Part shown: in pieces, positions 10,489 to 22,036 of the stretch
Layout: each line of letters begins with the position of its first letter
Numbering within the stretch: the stretch's first letter is position 1
Assembly: GCA_963662865.1 (NCBI GenBank)
Contig: OY759969.1
Location: forward strand, 1,583,891 to 1,647,890
Source of the DNA: Gammaproteobacteria bacterium
GTDB lineage: Bacteria > Pseudomonadota > Gammaproteobacteria > JAJDYQ01
DNA: 64,000 nt
Direction of reading: 5' to 3'
The notes under the pieces: generated by a model
Database searches by the model: none
The model's input: only the letters and a program-made list of their open reading frames with translations
Told to the model about the DNA's origin: nothing
Position numbers and translations under genes: made by a program

Positions 10489-10578
10489 TGGCGGAGAGCG
10501 GGGGATTCGAACCCCCGGAGGGTTTCACCCCTCAACGGTTTTCGAGACCGCCGCTTTCGACCACTCAGCCAGCTCTCC
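10489..10578 (-). tRNA. tRNA-Ser (anticodon CGA)
   Basis: Cloverleaf with anticodon arm GCGGT-CTCGAAA-ACCGT, long variable arm, CCA end. Confidence 0.97.
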
Positions 10579-10859
10579 GGTGGTTTTATTGGTTTGACCG
10601 ATTCATGGTCCGGATGCCTGATCTGCACCTACCCCGCCTTGCCACAGGGCGCACAGTAAACAACATTGGGAAACGACTGTAAACAGCACTTGCTTTTTAT
10701 CGATTGATGCCCAGTATGTTACCTTGGATATCATGGTATCCGGTCTGCTTTGTCCGGGTTTAAATCATTAATTTCCCATGCTATACTCGGAACAAACCCA
10801 GTTCGGACCTGTCATTTGATCACAGGTGTAATTAGTGTAAATTCAGGAGAAACATAATT

Positions 10860-11537
10860 ATGGAACAGTTTAATCAGGCACTAAGTCGTTCTCAGACGTC
10901 AATCGTCTCTACCAACAAGGTGCTGAAAAATACTTATCTACTGCTGTCCGCCACGCTGGCTGTCAGTGCTATTTCCGCTGTCGTTTCCATGGCGCTTGGC
11001 GTGCCCGTGTGGACGTATATGGCCTCGATAATCGTCAGTATGGTTCTTGGCATATTTGTCTTGCCTAAAACGGCCAACTCTGCGGCCGGCATCGGTGTCA
11101 TCTTTCTGATTACCGCCCTGATGGGCTTTGGCCTGGGCGCAATTCTACAGGTTTATGCCGCCATACCTAAAGGGCCAGAGGTTATCGCCACGGCATTCGG
11201 CGGCACCGCAGCAATCTTCCTGAGCCTGTCCGGCTACGCGCTGGTGAGCCGCCGTGACTTCAGTTTCATGGGTGGCTTTCTGTTTGCCGGTATGATGGTC
11301 GTTATGGTTGGCATCCTGGCTAACCTGTTCTTCTCGCTGCCCGCGCTGTCGCTCGCGCTGTCCGCTGGCATCATCCTGTTGATGAGCGGTTTTATCCTGT
11401 TTGATACCAGTCGCATCATTAACGGTGGTGAAACCAACTACATTATGGCGACTTACGGCCTTTACCTGAGCATCTTCAATATTTTCATCAGCCTGCTACA
11501 AATCCTGATGGCATTTGCCGGCGGTGATGAGCGGTAG
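10860..11537 (+). CDS. yccA: Bax inhibitor-1/YccA family membrane protein
   Basis: NKVLKNTYLLLS, seven TM segments, ILFDTSRIINGGETNYIMAT; divergent from tRNA-Ser. Confidence 0.93.
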   Translation: MEQFNQALSRSQTSIVSTNKVLKNTYLLLSATLAVSAISAVVSMALGVPVWTYMASIIVSMVLGIFVLPKTANSAAGIGVIFLITALMGFGLGAILQVYAAIPKGPEVIATAFGGTAAIFLSLSGYALVSRRDFSFMGGFLFAGMMVVMVGILANLFFSLPALSLALSAGIILLMSGFILFDTSRIINGGETNYIMATYGLYLSIFNIFISLLQILMAFAGGDER

Positions 11538-11553
11538 TCTGCTTTTATCCTGC

Positions 11554-11580
11554 AAAAGCCCCGTTTAACGGGGCTTTTTT
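11554..11580 (+). terminator. intrinsic terminator after yccA
   Basis: AAAAGCCCCGTT-T-AACGGGGCTTTTTT. Confidence 0.85.
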
Positions 11581-11611
11581 ATGGCTGATTATGAAATACC
11601 GAGGAAGTTAA

Positions 11612-11797
11612 ATGGAAATGGCATTAAAAATCATGGCCGCTATTGCTATTGGCATGATGCTGTTTGCCATGTGGCCGGCCTATAAATACTGGTCACAAAA
11701 CGGACCGAAGGCGAATAAGGGTGACTGGGCAAATGTCGTCTTTATTCTCGGGCTGGTAGTGCTTTTTGTGTCGCTGTTGATTATGTCGGTACAGTAA
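11612..11797 (+). CDS. small two-TM hypothetical membrane protein
   Basis: 61 aa, GAGG ribosome-binding site, two hydrophobic helices around 'GPKANKGDW'. Confidence 0.7.
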   Translation: MEMALKIMAAIAIGMMLFAMWPAYKYWSQNGPKANKGDWANVVFILGLVVLFVSLLIMSVQ

Positions 11798-11828
11798 GCA
11801 CTCTCTGCCGGGGAACGCCGGATAACGG

Positions 11829-13121
<1,293 letters not shown>

Positions 13122-13424
13122 TTATTCGTATATCGTTGCAGATCAGGAAACGGTCCGGCTGGGTTCGACAGGCAGTCAAAGGTCTTCAATCGTGGCGGCG
13201 ATTTTATCAGCCGAATCAAAAAACTCCAGTAGTTGTATGAGTCCGCCACAAATTGCACTTTTTGTTGTGGTTGATAATGTACTGGACTGAGGGTTGTCAT
13301 CCCAACCCTTTGTGCAATCAAAAGACGGACAATCCGGCTGGCCTGAATCAAGCGGAATAGAAAGCCGGATAGAAACGAACAAGGCGGCTGGTATTGCGGC
13401 AATAACCGGCGGCCATGTCGAATG

Positions 13425-16400
13425 CTACCAGCGCAGCTTCCACTGTGCGCCGATGCCGTGGTTGGTTTTGCCTTCGTCGTCCCGGCGGCGCAGCGCCTTG
13501 ACGTCCAACTCGGTATCCAGGTCACCCGGTGCCGACAGCAGACGCCAGCCCAGGGTCAGGTCGTGCCCGGCATCGGACGACGACAGGCCCGCATACGGGA
13601 TGCCGGTGGCGCCGTCATTCAGGGCCAGGCCCCACTCGCCCTCCAGGCTCCAACGACCGGAGGCCGGGCCGGGCTGCGATGAATCTTCCTCCAGTGCGTC
13701 CGACAGCGAATCCGACAACAGCCGATCCAGGCCACCCGAGGCCGGGGCGGTGCCGTATTCCTGACGTAGACTCAGCGACGGCCCATGAGCGGAACCCGGC
13801 TGCCGTTCATAGCGCAGCGAACCGGACACGCCCCACTCACGCCGGTCGGCGGCCTCATGATCCAGCAGACGCCGGCCACGCAGGTCAATGGTCAAGCCCC
13901 TGGAGGGCAACTGCCAACTGATGCCGCCGCCCAGTTCCACGCCCAGGCCGTCGCTGGTATCGCCGCCGTCATAGCGCATCCCCAACTCCAGTTCCGGAAT
14001 CAACCGGCCACCGTCCGCCTGCGGCAACTGCCAGGACCACTCCAGACCCATTCGGAAACGCTGCGTGTCCGCCGACATACCCGACATACCGTCGGCATCG
14101 TCCGACTCAATACGCGCCAGCGCCGCATCCGAGATCAGCGTCAGCGTCAGGCCGCCCTCCTCTAGCGGGCGCTCCAGCAGTATCCCGCGCACACCGGCCG
14201 AGGCCGATCTCTGCTCGATGTCATGCTCCGTACTCATCGTGGCCGAAGTCTGCTCCAGGGTCTGCTCCAGCTCGCCACGGCCATAACTCGCCGCCGCCCA
14301 CACCTGCAATCGCTGCGTTACGTTATGCCGGATATACGGCAGCAGCGAGGTCAGCTGGCTCGACAACTCGCCCTGTTCCGAAGCACCGCTCCAATCGCCA
14401 TCGCCGTCGCTGTACGACAGCGCCAGTCCGAGCAGCGTGCGGCCATTGTCACGATCCACGCCCAGCATGCCGGTGGTCACCTCGCCATCCACCGCGATGC
14501 CGTCCTGGTCATCCTCGTAGCGCGAATAGGACGCCTGGCCCCACACCGAAACCCCGTTCTCCCCGCCGCGGTGCACAAAGCGGCTGCCGCGCAGCATATC
14601 GCGCAGCGACAGTGTCCTGGACAGATTCAATAGCCGGTCAACCGAACCGGCGCCCAGGCCATCACCGCCGCCTCCGCCCTGGCCGAAGCCGTCCGCGCCC
14701 AAACCATATCCCGTGCCGGTTCCATTACCGCCCCCATGCAGCGCTCGACCAGCGGACAGGCCACTCACATTGCCCGACAGCCCAGGTTGATCGGCCACCG
14801 ACAAGCGGTAATCCAGGCCGCCCAGCAGATGCTCTACCGCCGTCAGACCGAAACGCGGCAGCCAGGCTTCCTGTGCCGCCTGCATCTCTTGCATCGCCCC
14901 CGTACCGACCGGGGCCGCGTCGTTGTCGGCGATCGTCAGTGTGTGCACACGATCGGTGCCCACCGTGTAACCCGAACCTGCGGTCAGGGTCAGTATGACC
15001 GTCTCGCTGCCCTCTTGTGTGCTGTCATCGGTGATGACCACCGAAATATTAACGCTGGACGCACTCGCAGACGCCACGACCGTGCCGGTCAGCGCGGCGT
15101 AGTCGGCCGCCGTGCTGGTGCCGGCCACCGTGTAGCTGATCGTCGTGTTCGCGGCTGGCACCGGAGTCAAATTGACTACCACGTTGTAGGTACCCGAGCC
15201 TTCGTTGGTGGTAAAACCGGCCACGGCGAACGAGGCGACCGGCTCGTCGTCGTCGGTGACCGTGACTTCCACCGTGGCTATGGCCAGACCATCCGGGTAA
15301 CCCGCACCGTCGCCGTCGCCGCTGTCTATACTATGGCTGATGGTCGCCGTGCGGTTACCGCCAACGTTGTCGTTGACGCCCGTCACCGTCACGGTCTGTA
15401 CCGTATCCCAGTTGCTCGCAGTGAACTCCAGGCTCAGCGGCGCCACGGTCGCCGCACCGGGCGTGTCGGAGGCCACCGTGATCTCGACATCGCCGGCCGG
15501 TGGCGTGTCCAGCACCACCGTGTAGGTGTCCATGCCGTTAGCCTCGGCGACCGTGATGCGGGCCGTGCTCAGGGTCACGCCCGCCACCGCATCGTCGTCG
15601 GTCACCGTCACCGTGACATCCTGATTCAGGTCACCCACCGCATAGCTGCCGCCGTCGCCCGTAGTGATCGCATGGCCGATGGTCGACTCACGGTCGCCGG
15701 TATCGTCGTCGTTTATGCCGGTCACCGTGACCGTCTGCGCCGTGTCCCAGTTGACCGTCGTGAACGTCAGGCTGGTCGGGGTCGCCGTGGCCGCGCTGGT
15801 CAGACCGGAGGTCACCGTGATCTCCACTTCGCCGGACGGTGGCGTGTTCAGCACCATCGTGTAGGTGTCCATGCCGTTAGCCTCGGCGACCGTGATTTCG
15901 GTCTCGCTCAGGGTCACGCCCGGTGCCACATCGTCGTCGGTCACCGTCACCGTGACCGCCGCCGGGGTCGGAGGGCCACCGGTCGGGTAGTCGCCGCTGT
16001 CGCCGCTGCTGATGCGGTGGCTGAGCGTCGCCATGCGGGCATCGCCGGGGTTGTTTATATTGTCATCAACTCCCGTGACCGTCACCGTCTGCTCCATATC
16101 CCAATTGGTCATAGTGAACGTCAGGATCGGCGGGCTCACCGTGGCCGCACTGGTCAGGTCGGAGGTCACCGTGATCTCCACCCCGCTCGCCGGTTGGGTG
16201 GCCAGCACCACCGTGTAGGTGTCCGTGCCACCGGCCTCGCTGCCGTTCTCCAGAACCGTGGTGGTACCCGCCGTCTCGCTGATGGTGATGGCCGCCGTGT
16301 CGTCGTCGGTGATGATCACCGTCACAGCGCCTGTGACCGCGCCATAACCTGTCGTGCCTGAGGCCGTATGCGTCAGACTCACCGTGTCGTCTGCCGCGTC

Positions 16401-19400
16401 GCCGTCCTGAACCGCGGTCACCGTCACCGTCTGGGCCGTGTCCCAGTCGGTCATCGTGAACGTCAGGCTGGTTTCGTCCGGCGTCAGGTCGGTGCCGCTA
16501 TGACCGCTGACCGTGACCGTCACGTCTCCCGTCGGGATAGTCGTCAGGGCCACCGTGTAGTTGGCGGTGGCACCTTCGGCTACCGTGATCATCTCGCCAG
16601 AGAACGACAGGCCGGCCTCGTCGTTGTCGCTTACCGTCACCATGACAGCCGCCGGGGTCGGGGGGCCATCGGTCGGGTAGGTGCCGCCGTCGCCGCTGCT
16701 GATGCGGTGGCTGAGCATCGCCGTGCGTTCGCCGCCGGCGTTGACCCGATTGTCGTTGACGCCCGTGACCGTCGCCGTCTGCTCCATATCCCAGTTGGCC
16801 GTCGTGAACGTCAGGATCAGCGGGCTCACCGTGGCCGCACTGGTCGTATCGGAGGTCATCGTGATCTCCACCCCGCTCGCCGGTTGGGTGGCCAGCACCA
16901 CGGTGTACGTGCCCTCACCACCCTCTGCAATCGTTATCGCCGTCTCGCTGATGGTCACGTCCGCCGTGTCGGGGTCGGTGATGGTCACCGTCACCGCGCC
17001 TGTTATCGAACCATCATAATCGGCTGCGCTGCCTGAGGCCGTATGTGTCAGGCTCACTGTGTCGTTCGCCGCGTCGGCGTCGGTAGCCGCCGTCACCGTG
17101 AAGGTCTGTATCATATTCCAGTTGGTCGCCGTGAACTCCAGGCTGTTCGGATTCAGTGTCAGGTCGGTGCCGGAGTGACCCGTGACCGTCACCGTGACAT
17201 TGGCCATCGGGGCGGTTGCCAGGGACACCGGGTAACCGACACCATCGGTATCGCCTTCAGCGACCGTCAGGGTCAGTGGCAGCACGATGGTCGGATCCTC
17301 CATGATGGTGAAGTCCAGGCTGCCTGTGCCGCTGGCGCCGCCGCCCAGGCCGGTGCCGGAGTTGCTGTCCAGGGTGCCCAGGGCGATGGTGATGGTCTCG
17401 CTGGCGTCGGACGTGCCGTCAACCTGCACGGCCAGGGCCAGCGTGGCGGTGGCCAGGGCCGGGCCGGTAAATGTCACCGTGCCGACGTTGCCGGTGTCCG
17501 GGATGTTGTAGGCAAGGCCGCTCGCCGCGGTGCCGGTCAGGGTGTAGTCCGTGCCCCGTGTCGCGGTGCCGCCCAGGGTCAGCGGTACGGCCAGGCTTTC
17601 TCCGGCAACCAGGGCGCGGTCCAGGGTGACCGTGAGGTTGCGGGTGACGCCCTCACTGATATTGCCCGCCGTGCCCGTCAGGGTCACCGTGGTGGCGTCG
17701 TCGTCGGTCACCCCGACCATGGCCGAGGACGGCATACCGACGGTGTAACCGGTGCCGTCCGCTATGGTTACCGTGATGGTGCCGTTGGTCTCGTCGGTGC
17801 TGTCGGTCTGTGTGGGGATTTCAACGGTGGCCGTGGTGGCTCCGGACAGGGTGACCATGTTATCGCCTTCGTCGCCTGAGTCCAGATAATCACCGGCGGC
17901 GGCGTCCGCTACGGTCAGGTCAATCATCAGGGCGCTGCTCGGAACTCGATTGGCTGTCACGGTGAAGGTCGCGGGGCTGCCTTCGGTGACGGCAGTTCCG
18001 CCGGTGATGCTGATGAGCAGCGGGTCTTCGATGCTGAAGTCGTCCAGGCTGTCTGTGCCGCTGGCGCCGCCGCCCAGGCCGGTGCCGGAGTCGCCGTCCA
18101 GGGTGCCCAGACCGATGATGACCGTCTCGCCGCTGGCCTCAACATCGCTGTCGGGGGTCGCGCTCAGGGTCAGGGTGGCGATAGTGGCCGATGGGCCGGT
18201 AAAGGTCACCGTGCCTGTGGCGCTGTCCAGGCCGGTGTAGGCAACGCCGCTCGCCGCGGCGCCGGTGACGGTGTAGTCCGTGCCCGGTGTCGCCTCACCC
18301 ATGAAGGTCAGCGGCACCGCCAGTGCCTCGCCCTCGGCCAGGGCGCGGCCCAGGGTGACGGTGATTTCTTTGGCGGCGCCTTCCATGACGTTGCCCGCGG
18401 CACCCGCCAGGGTCACTGTGGTGGCGTCGTCGTCGGTCACCGTCGCCGTGATGGGGTCCGAGGTGAGGCCGCTGTAGTTGGTGTCTGTGGAGGTGATGGC
18501 GTGGCTAATGGTCACTTCCTGATTGGCGGCGTCGGCGTTGTTATTCTCCCCGGTGACGGTGAAGGTCTGGGCCATGGCCCAGTTGGCGCTGGTGAATACC
18601 AGGTTGTTGGGATTGATCGTGGCGGTGGCCGGTGTGCCTGAGGTGGGTGTGATGGTCACGTCTGCGGTCGGTTGTGAGGTCAGCATCATGCCGTAGTCGT
18701 CCGTGCCGCCTTCGGCGAGCGTGGTGGCGTCGTTCGTTTCGGTAATGGTCACGCCCGCCGTGTCGTCGTCGGTGATGGTGTAGGTGACGGTGGTGGCGTC
18801 TTCTTCGAAGATGACATTGACGAAGGTGCCGAACCGGACCAGAGCCAGCGTCACCGTCTCATCGGATTCATCCACTGTGTCGCCGTTTGCCCGAATCCTG
18901 AACGGAAGGGTGGCCCGATTGGCAGGAAAATTCAGAATAAGGGTTGGATCGCTTGCCGAACCGTCGGTATTGGAGCCGGCTACAAAGACAGAGTAGTCAT
19001 TGCCACCACGGGTGGCGGTACCGCCCAGCTGAATACTGAAGGAAACCACTTGCGGATTAGGCGGATCCATGGTCACCGTCATGGTCGCACCGTCGGTCAG
19101 CCCCGAATCGCCCTCGGCTCCCATTTCGGAGTCGAGACTGAGCGACATGGTGTGGCGCACGGAGTCCAGCACCTCCAAATCCAGGGTGTTGGTGGTCGCG
19201 TGCGGGTCGGCGCCGCCGCCGACATTGGTGCCCAGGGTTGTGCGGTCAAAGCCGTTGGTGCCAGCTCCGTCCGGGCCGAGGGCGATGGTGTAGGTCTCGG
19301 TACCGCCCTCGTCGGTTTCGTCGAATGTCGGTGTCAGAATCAGGTTGGCGCCGCCGAAGCTTGCAGCATCTGAAATGCGTAGCAGCGGGGTGGAAGTGTC

Positions 19401-21998
19401 CTCGCCCGACAGGGTCGCACCGCGACTTATGTCGCTTAATGCCAGGTTCCAGTCGGCCGGGGTCACATTCGTGCCGGAGATAGACAGCGGCACGTCGATG
19501 GTCTCACCGTCAATCAGTTGCCGGGACAGGTCAACTACAAGAGTCACTTCAGCTCCTTCGTTAATCGCGCCAGTGGCGCCGCCGAAACGAGTCAAGGAAA
19601 CAACCGTAGGTTCGTCGTCGATCACCGTTGCCGTGACGGGGTCCGGGGTGATTGCGCTGTAAGTGGAATCCGTGGAGGTGATGGCGTGGCTAATGGTCAC
19701 TTCCTGATTGGCGGCATCAACGGCGTTATCCACCCCGGTGACGGTGATGCTCTGGGCCGTGTTCCAGTTGGCGCTGGTGAATATCAGGCTCGATGGGTTG
19801 ATCGTGGCGGTGGCCGTTGTGCCTGAGGTGGCCATGATGGTCACGTTTGCGGTCGGTTGTGAGGTCAGCATCATGCCGTAGTCGTCCGTGCCGCCGTCTT
19901 CGGCGAGCGTGGTGGCGTCGTTCGTTTCGGTAATGGTGACGCCCGCCGTGTCGTCGTCGGTGATGGTGAAGGTGACGCTGTCGGCGTCTGAGTCGAAAAC
20001 GATTTCGCGGGGGGTTGCGTTCACCCGTTGCAAGGTCAGGGTCACGGTCTCGTCCAGCTCGTCCACTGTGTCGCCGTTTATCCGAATCTTGCGCTGAAGG
20101 CTGGCGAAATTGGTAACAAAATCAGCCACTAGATGGCACCCACTGTTAACGATCGCTGCACTATTATTGGGGCGGGTGAACCGCCAGTCGGCGCTGTCGC
20201 CGCGGGTGGCGGTGCCGCCGAAACATATATGGATATTTAAGTTTCCCGTATAAGGCGGGTCGAAGGTCACCGTCACGGTCGCGCCGTCGGTAATGCCGGA
20301 ATCGCCCTCGGCGGCCATGGTGCGGTCCAGGCTGATTGATACGGTGTGGGTGACGGCATCGGTCACCATCACGTCGATGGTATTGGCGCTGGCGTGCGGG
20401 TCGGCGCCGCCACCAACATTGGTGCCCCGACTGGCGTGGTCAAAGCCGTTGGCGCTGTTGTCGTTCGGGCCCAGCGCGATGGTGTAGGTCTCGGTGCCGC
20501 CGCCTTCGGCGGTGTCGTCGAATGTCGGTGACAGCACCAGGATGGCGGTCTGGGCACCCACACCCGAAAAGCGTAGCTGTGGCATGGCCGTGGTTTGGGC
20601 CGACAGGGTCACGCCGGTATTGAAGCCGTCGCCGGGAAAGGGCGCCAGGCTCCAGTCGTCTGTGGTCACCCCCGTGCCGCCGATGGCCAGCGGCACGTCG
20701 ATGATCTCTCCGGCAATCAGTGGCCGGGACAGGCTGACGGTCAATCCGATCGTGCCGACTTCGCTAACGGCACCGGTACCGACGCGGGCCAGGGAGACGA
20801 TGGTGGGGTCGTCGTCGGTGATGGTGTAGGTGACGCGGCCAGTGGTAATGCCCACGCCGTTGGGGGTGTTTACCGACGAGGAGCTTGTCGTCAACCTGGC
20901 AAGGGTCAGTACCACCGTCTCGTCCGGCTCATCTGTCGTGTCGCCGTCGGTCCGTATGTTGTAAGTTGTGCCTGTGCTTGTCGCATTGGCACCAACAACC
21001 ACGGTTGTGCAACCCGGCGTGGTAGTGCCCTCAGTTTGTGTAGTACTGCCCACGCCGACGATAAACGAATTTCTGCTTCCAGTCCTAAGGATAAAGTCCC
21101 TGCCCTCTCTCAGGTAGGTGGCAGTGCTGCCGGGGTCAATGCAGACTAAAAAGAAGGTGTTACTACTACGGGCAGGTGCCATGTTAATCTGGAACCTTGT
21201 GTCCTGCGAACCGGAATTGCCTTCGGAACCGGTGGTACTGGTCAGGCTAATCGATGCTTCGTGCGAGCCCACCAAGAAGACTGGGGAGAGGGCGAAGAAA
21301 GCGGTAGTAAGACTGGCATTTCCAGTAAATGAACGACCACTCAAACCATCATTGCCCGTCCCTGTTCTGACCTGGCCACCACTACCCAACTCCTGTCCGG
21401 TAAACGCGGTTCCATCGTCGTTGCTGCCTGTCCAAGCCTGGAAACTTGAGTCAACTGTACCCGCACTTTCGTTGCGTACTGCTGCGCTATCCCACGAGCC
21501 GTCGTGGAAGTCGGAGTAATTGTCGGCGACCCTGGCGCCGCCCAGCCAGTAGATAGGCACGCCGGTACCGGTGGTCATGGCATTGTCGCGGGCGTTCACC
21601 GTGGCGGTTGAGCCGAGGACGCGGAAGGCCGAGCTGTAGGGCCGAATGGCCATTTGGCCGGCGGCGGCGCGATTCTGCACGAAGGTGTTGTAGTCGGCGA
21701 TGTTCGCTGACACGGAGTTCCTGACGGTTGTGGTGCGGAACATCAGCCGGAATCTGCCGCCGGCGTTGACGGCAGACGGTTTCAGCGCCCAGTTCTGGGG
21801 GACGGTGTAGGAACCGTCGGCATTGGCCATTGGCGTGGTCTGGGCGGCGGCTTCGCTGGCCAGTCCTGCCAGCAGCGGCAAACCAAGCAACACGGCAACC
21901 AGCCCGCGGCGCAGGCCGGAAAGGCTAAAGCGGTTCAAGGCAGAAGCGAACCGATGGGATGCCGAGCGCCGCCCTGTGTCGATGGCGAGGCTAAGCAT
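13425..21998 (-). CDS. giant autotransporter-like adhesin: signal peptide, N-terminal lectin-like domain, many Calx-beta/Ig-like repeats, C-terminal beta-barrel
   Basis: 2857 aa; repeated 'TITDDD', 'FTxxNWxxxQTVTVTGVxD', 'DETVxLTL' motifs; barrel-like C-terminus ending W-K-L-R-W; visibly GC-richer than flanking genes. Confidence 0.85.
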   Translation of the reverse strand: MLSLAIDTGRRSASHRFASALNRFSLSGLRRGLVAVLLGLPLLAGLASEAAAQTTPMANADGSYTVPQNWALKPSAVNAGGRFRLMFRTTTVRNSVSANIADYNTFVQNRAAAGQMAIRPYSSAFRVLGSTATVNARDNAMTTGTGVPIYWLGGARVADNYSDFHDGSWDSAAVRNESAGTVDSSFQAWTGSNDDGTAFTGQELGSGGQVRTGTGNDGLSGRSFTGNASLTTAFFALSPVFLVGSHEASISLTSTTGSEGNSGSQDTRFQINMAPARSSNTFFLVCIDPGSTATYLREGRDFILRTGSRNSFIVGVGSTTQTEGTTTPGCTTVVVGANATSTGTTYNIRTDGDTTDEPDETVVLTLARLTTSSSSVNTPNGVGITTGRVTYTITDDDPTIVSLARVGTGAVSEVGTIGLTVSLSRPLIAGEIIDVPLAIGGTGVTTDDWSLAPFPGDGFNTGVTLSAQTTAMPQLRFSGVGAQTAILVLSPTFDDTAEGGGTETYTIALGPNDNSANGFDHASRGTNVGGGADPHASANTIDVMVTDAVTHTVSISLDRTMAAEGDSGITDGATVTVTFDPPYTGNLNIHICFGGTATRGDSADWRFTRPNNSAAIVNSGCHLVADFVTNFASLQRKIRINGDTVDELDETVTLTLQRVNATPREIVFDSDADSVTFTITDDDTAGVTITETNDATTLAEDGGTDDYGMMLTSQPTANVTIMATSGTTATATINPSSLIFTSANWNTAQSITVTGVDNAVDAANQEVTISHAITSTDSTYSAITPDPVTATVIDDEPTVVSLTRFGGATGAINEGAEVTLVVDLSRQLIDGETIDVPLSISGTNVTPADWNLALSDISRGATLSGEDTSTPLLRISDAASFGGANLILTPTFDETDEGGTETYTIALGPDGAGTNGFDRTTLGTNVGGGADPHATTNTLDLEVLDSVRHTMSLSLDSEMGAEGDSGLTDGATMTVTMDPPNPQVVSFSIQLGGTATRGGNDYSVFVAGSNTDGSASDPTLILNFPANRATLPFRIRANGDTVDESDETVTLALVRFGTFVNVIFEEDATTVTYTITDDDTAGVTITETNDATTLAEGGTDDYGMMLTSQPTADVTITPTSGTPATATINPNNLVFTSANWAMAQTFTVTGENNNADAANQEVTISHAITSTDTNYSGLTSDPITATVTDDDATTVTLAGAAGNVMEGAAKEITVTLGRALAEGEALAVPLTFMGEATPGTDYTVTGAAASGVAYTGLDSATGTVTFTGPSATIATLTLSATPDSDVEASGETVIIGLGTLDGDSGTGLGGGASGTDSLDDFSIEDPLLISITGGTAVTEGSPATFTVTANRVPSSALMIDLTVADAAAGDYLDSGDEGDNMVTLSGATTATVEIPTQTDSTDETNGTITVTIADGTGYTVGMPSSAMVGVTDDDATTVTLTGTAGNISEGVTRNLTVTLDRALVAGESLAVPLTLGGTATRGTDYTLTGTAASGLAYNIPDTGNVGTVTFTGPALATATLALAVQVDGTSDASETITIALGTLDSNSGTGLGGGASGTGSLDFTIMEDPTIVLPLTLTVAEGDTDGVGYPVSLATAPMANVTVTVTGHSGTDLTLNPNSLEFTATNWNMIQTFTVTAATDADAANDTVSLTHTASGSAADYDGSITGAVTVTITDPDTADVTISETAITIAEGGEGTYTVVLATQPASGVEITMTSDTTSAATVSPLILTFTTANWDMEQTATVTGVNDNRVNAGGERTAMLSHRISSGDGGTYPTDGPPTPAAVMVTVSDNDEAGLSFSGEMITVAEGATANYTVALTTIPTGDVTVTVSGHSGTDLTPDETSLTFTMTDWDTAQTVTVTAVQDGDAADDTVSLTHTASGTTGYGAVTGAVTVIITDDDTAAITISETAGTTTVLENGSEAGGTDTYTVVLATQPASGVEITVTSDLTSAATVSPPILTFTMTNWDMEQTVTVTGVDDNINNPGDARMATLSHRISSGDSGDYPTGGPPTPAAVTVTVTDDDVAPGVTLSETEITVAEANGMDTYTMVLNTPPSGEVEITVTSGLTSAATATPTSLTFTTVNWDTAQTVTVTGINDDDTGDRESTIGHAITTGDGGSYAVGDLNQDVTVTVTDDDAVAGVTLSTARITVAEANGMDTYTVVLDTPPAGDVEITVASDTPGAATVAPLSLEFTASNWDTVQTVTVTGVNDNVGGNRTATISHSIDSGDGDGAGYPDGLAIATVEVTVTDDDEPVASFAVAGFTTNEGSGTYNVVVNLTPVPAANTTISYTVAGTSTAADYAALTGTVVASASASSVNISVVITDDSTQEGSETVILTLTAGSGYTVGTDRVHTLTIADNDAAPVGTGAMQEMQAAQEAWLPRFGLTAVEHLLGGLDYRLSVADQPGLSGNVSGLSAGRALHGGGNGTGTGYGLGADGFGQGGGGGDGLGAGSVDRLLNLSRTLSLRDMLRGSRFVHRGGENGVSVWGQASYSRYEDDQDGIAVDGEVTTGMLGVDRDNGRTLLGLALSYSDGDGDWSGASEQGELSSQLTSLLPYIRHNVTQRLQVWAAASYGRGELEQTLEQTSATMSTEHDIEQRSASAGVRGILLERPLEEGGLTLTLISDAALARIESDDADGMSGMSADTQRFRMGLEWSWQLPQADGGRLIPELELGMRYDGGDTSDGLGVELGGGISWQLPSRGLTIDLRGRRLLDHEAADRREWGVSGSLRYERQPGSAHGPSLSLRQEYGTAPASGGLDRLLSDSLSDALEEDSSQPGPASGRWSLEGEWGLALNDGATGIPYAGLSSSDAGHDLTLGWRLLSAPGDLDTELDVKALRRRDDEGKTNHGIGAQWKLRW
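15400..19970. repeat. near-identical intragenic domain duplications in the adhesin
   Basis: For example ~15480-15620 vs ~15810-15960, ~15960-16220 vs ~16650-16900 and ~18490-18780 vs ~19670-19970 share long near-identical DNA stretches. Boundaries approximate. Confidence 0.85.
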
Positions 21999-22011
21999 AA
22001 ATACTCCATTT

Positions 22012-22036
22012 GGGGGGGGGGGGGGGGGGGGGGGGG
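22012..22036. repeat. 25-nt G homopolymer (poly-C on the adhesin coding strand)
   Basis: Counted directly. Lies between an upstream ATG (22087, AAGGAG site) and the ATG at 21998. Confidence 0.95.

Noticed and set aside
13176-13382. 68-aa ORF between the adhesin and serS
   Set aside because: No motif or clear ribosome-binding site; cannot be supported as a gene.
14736-17879. Long plus-strand ORFs (541, 222 and 278 aa) inside the adhesin
   Set aside because: Antisense shadows of a GC-rich repetitive gene; Arg/His-rich with no protein motifs.
13425-21998. A complete diversity-generating retroelement in this window
   Set aside because: No reverse transcriptase and no template/variable repeat pair differing only at adenines were seen.
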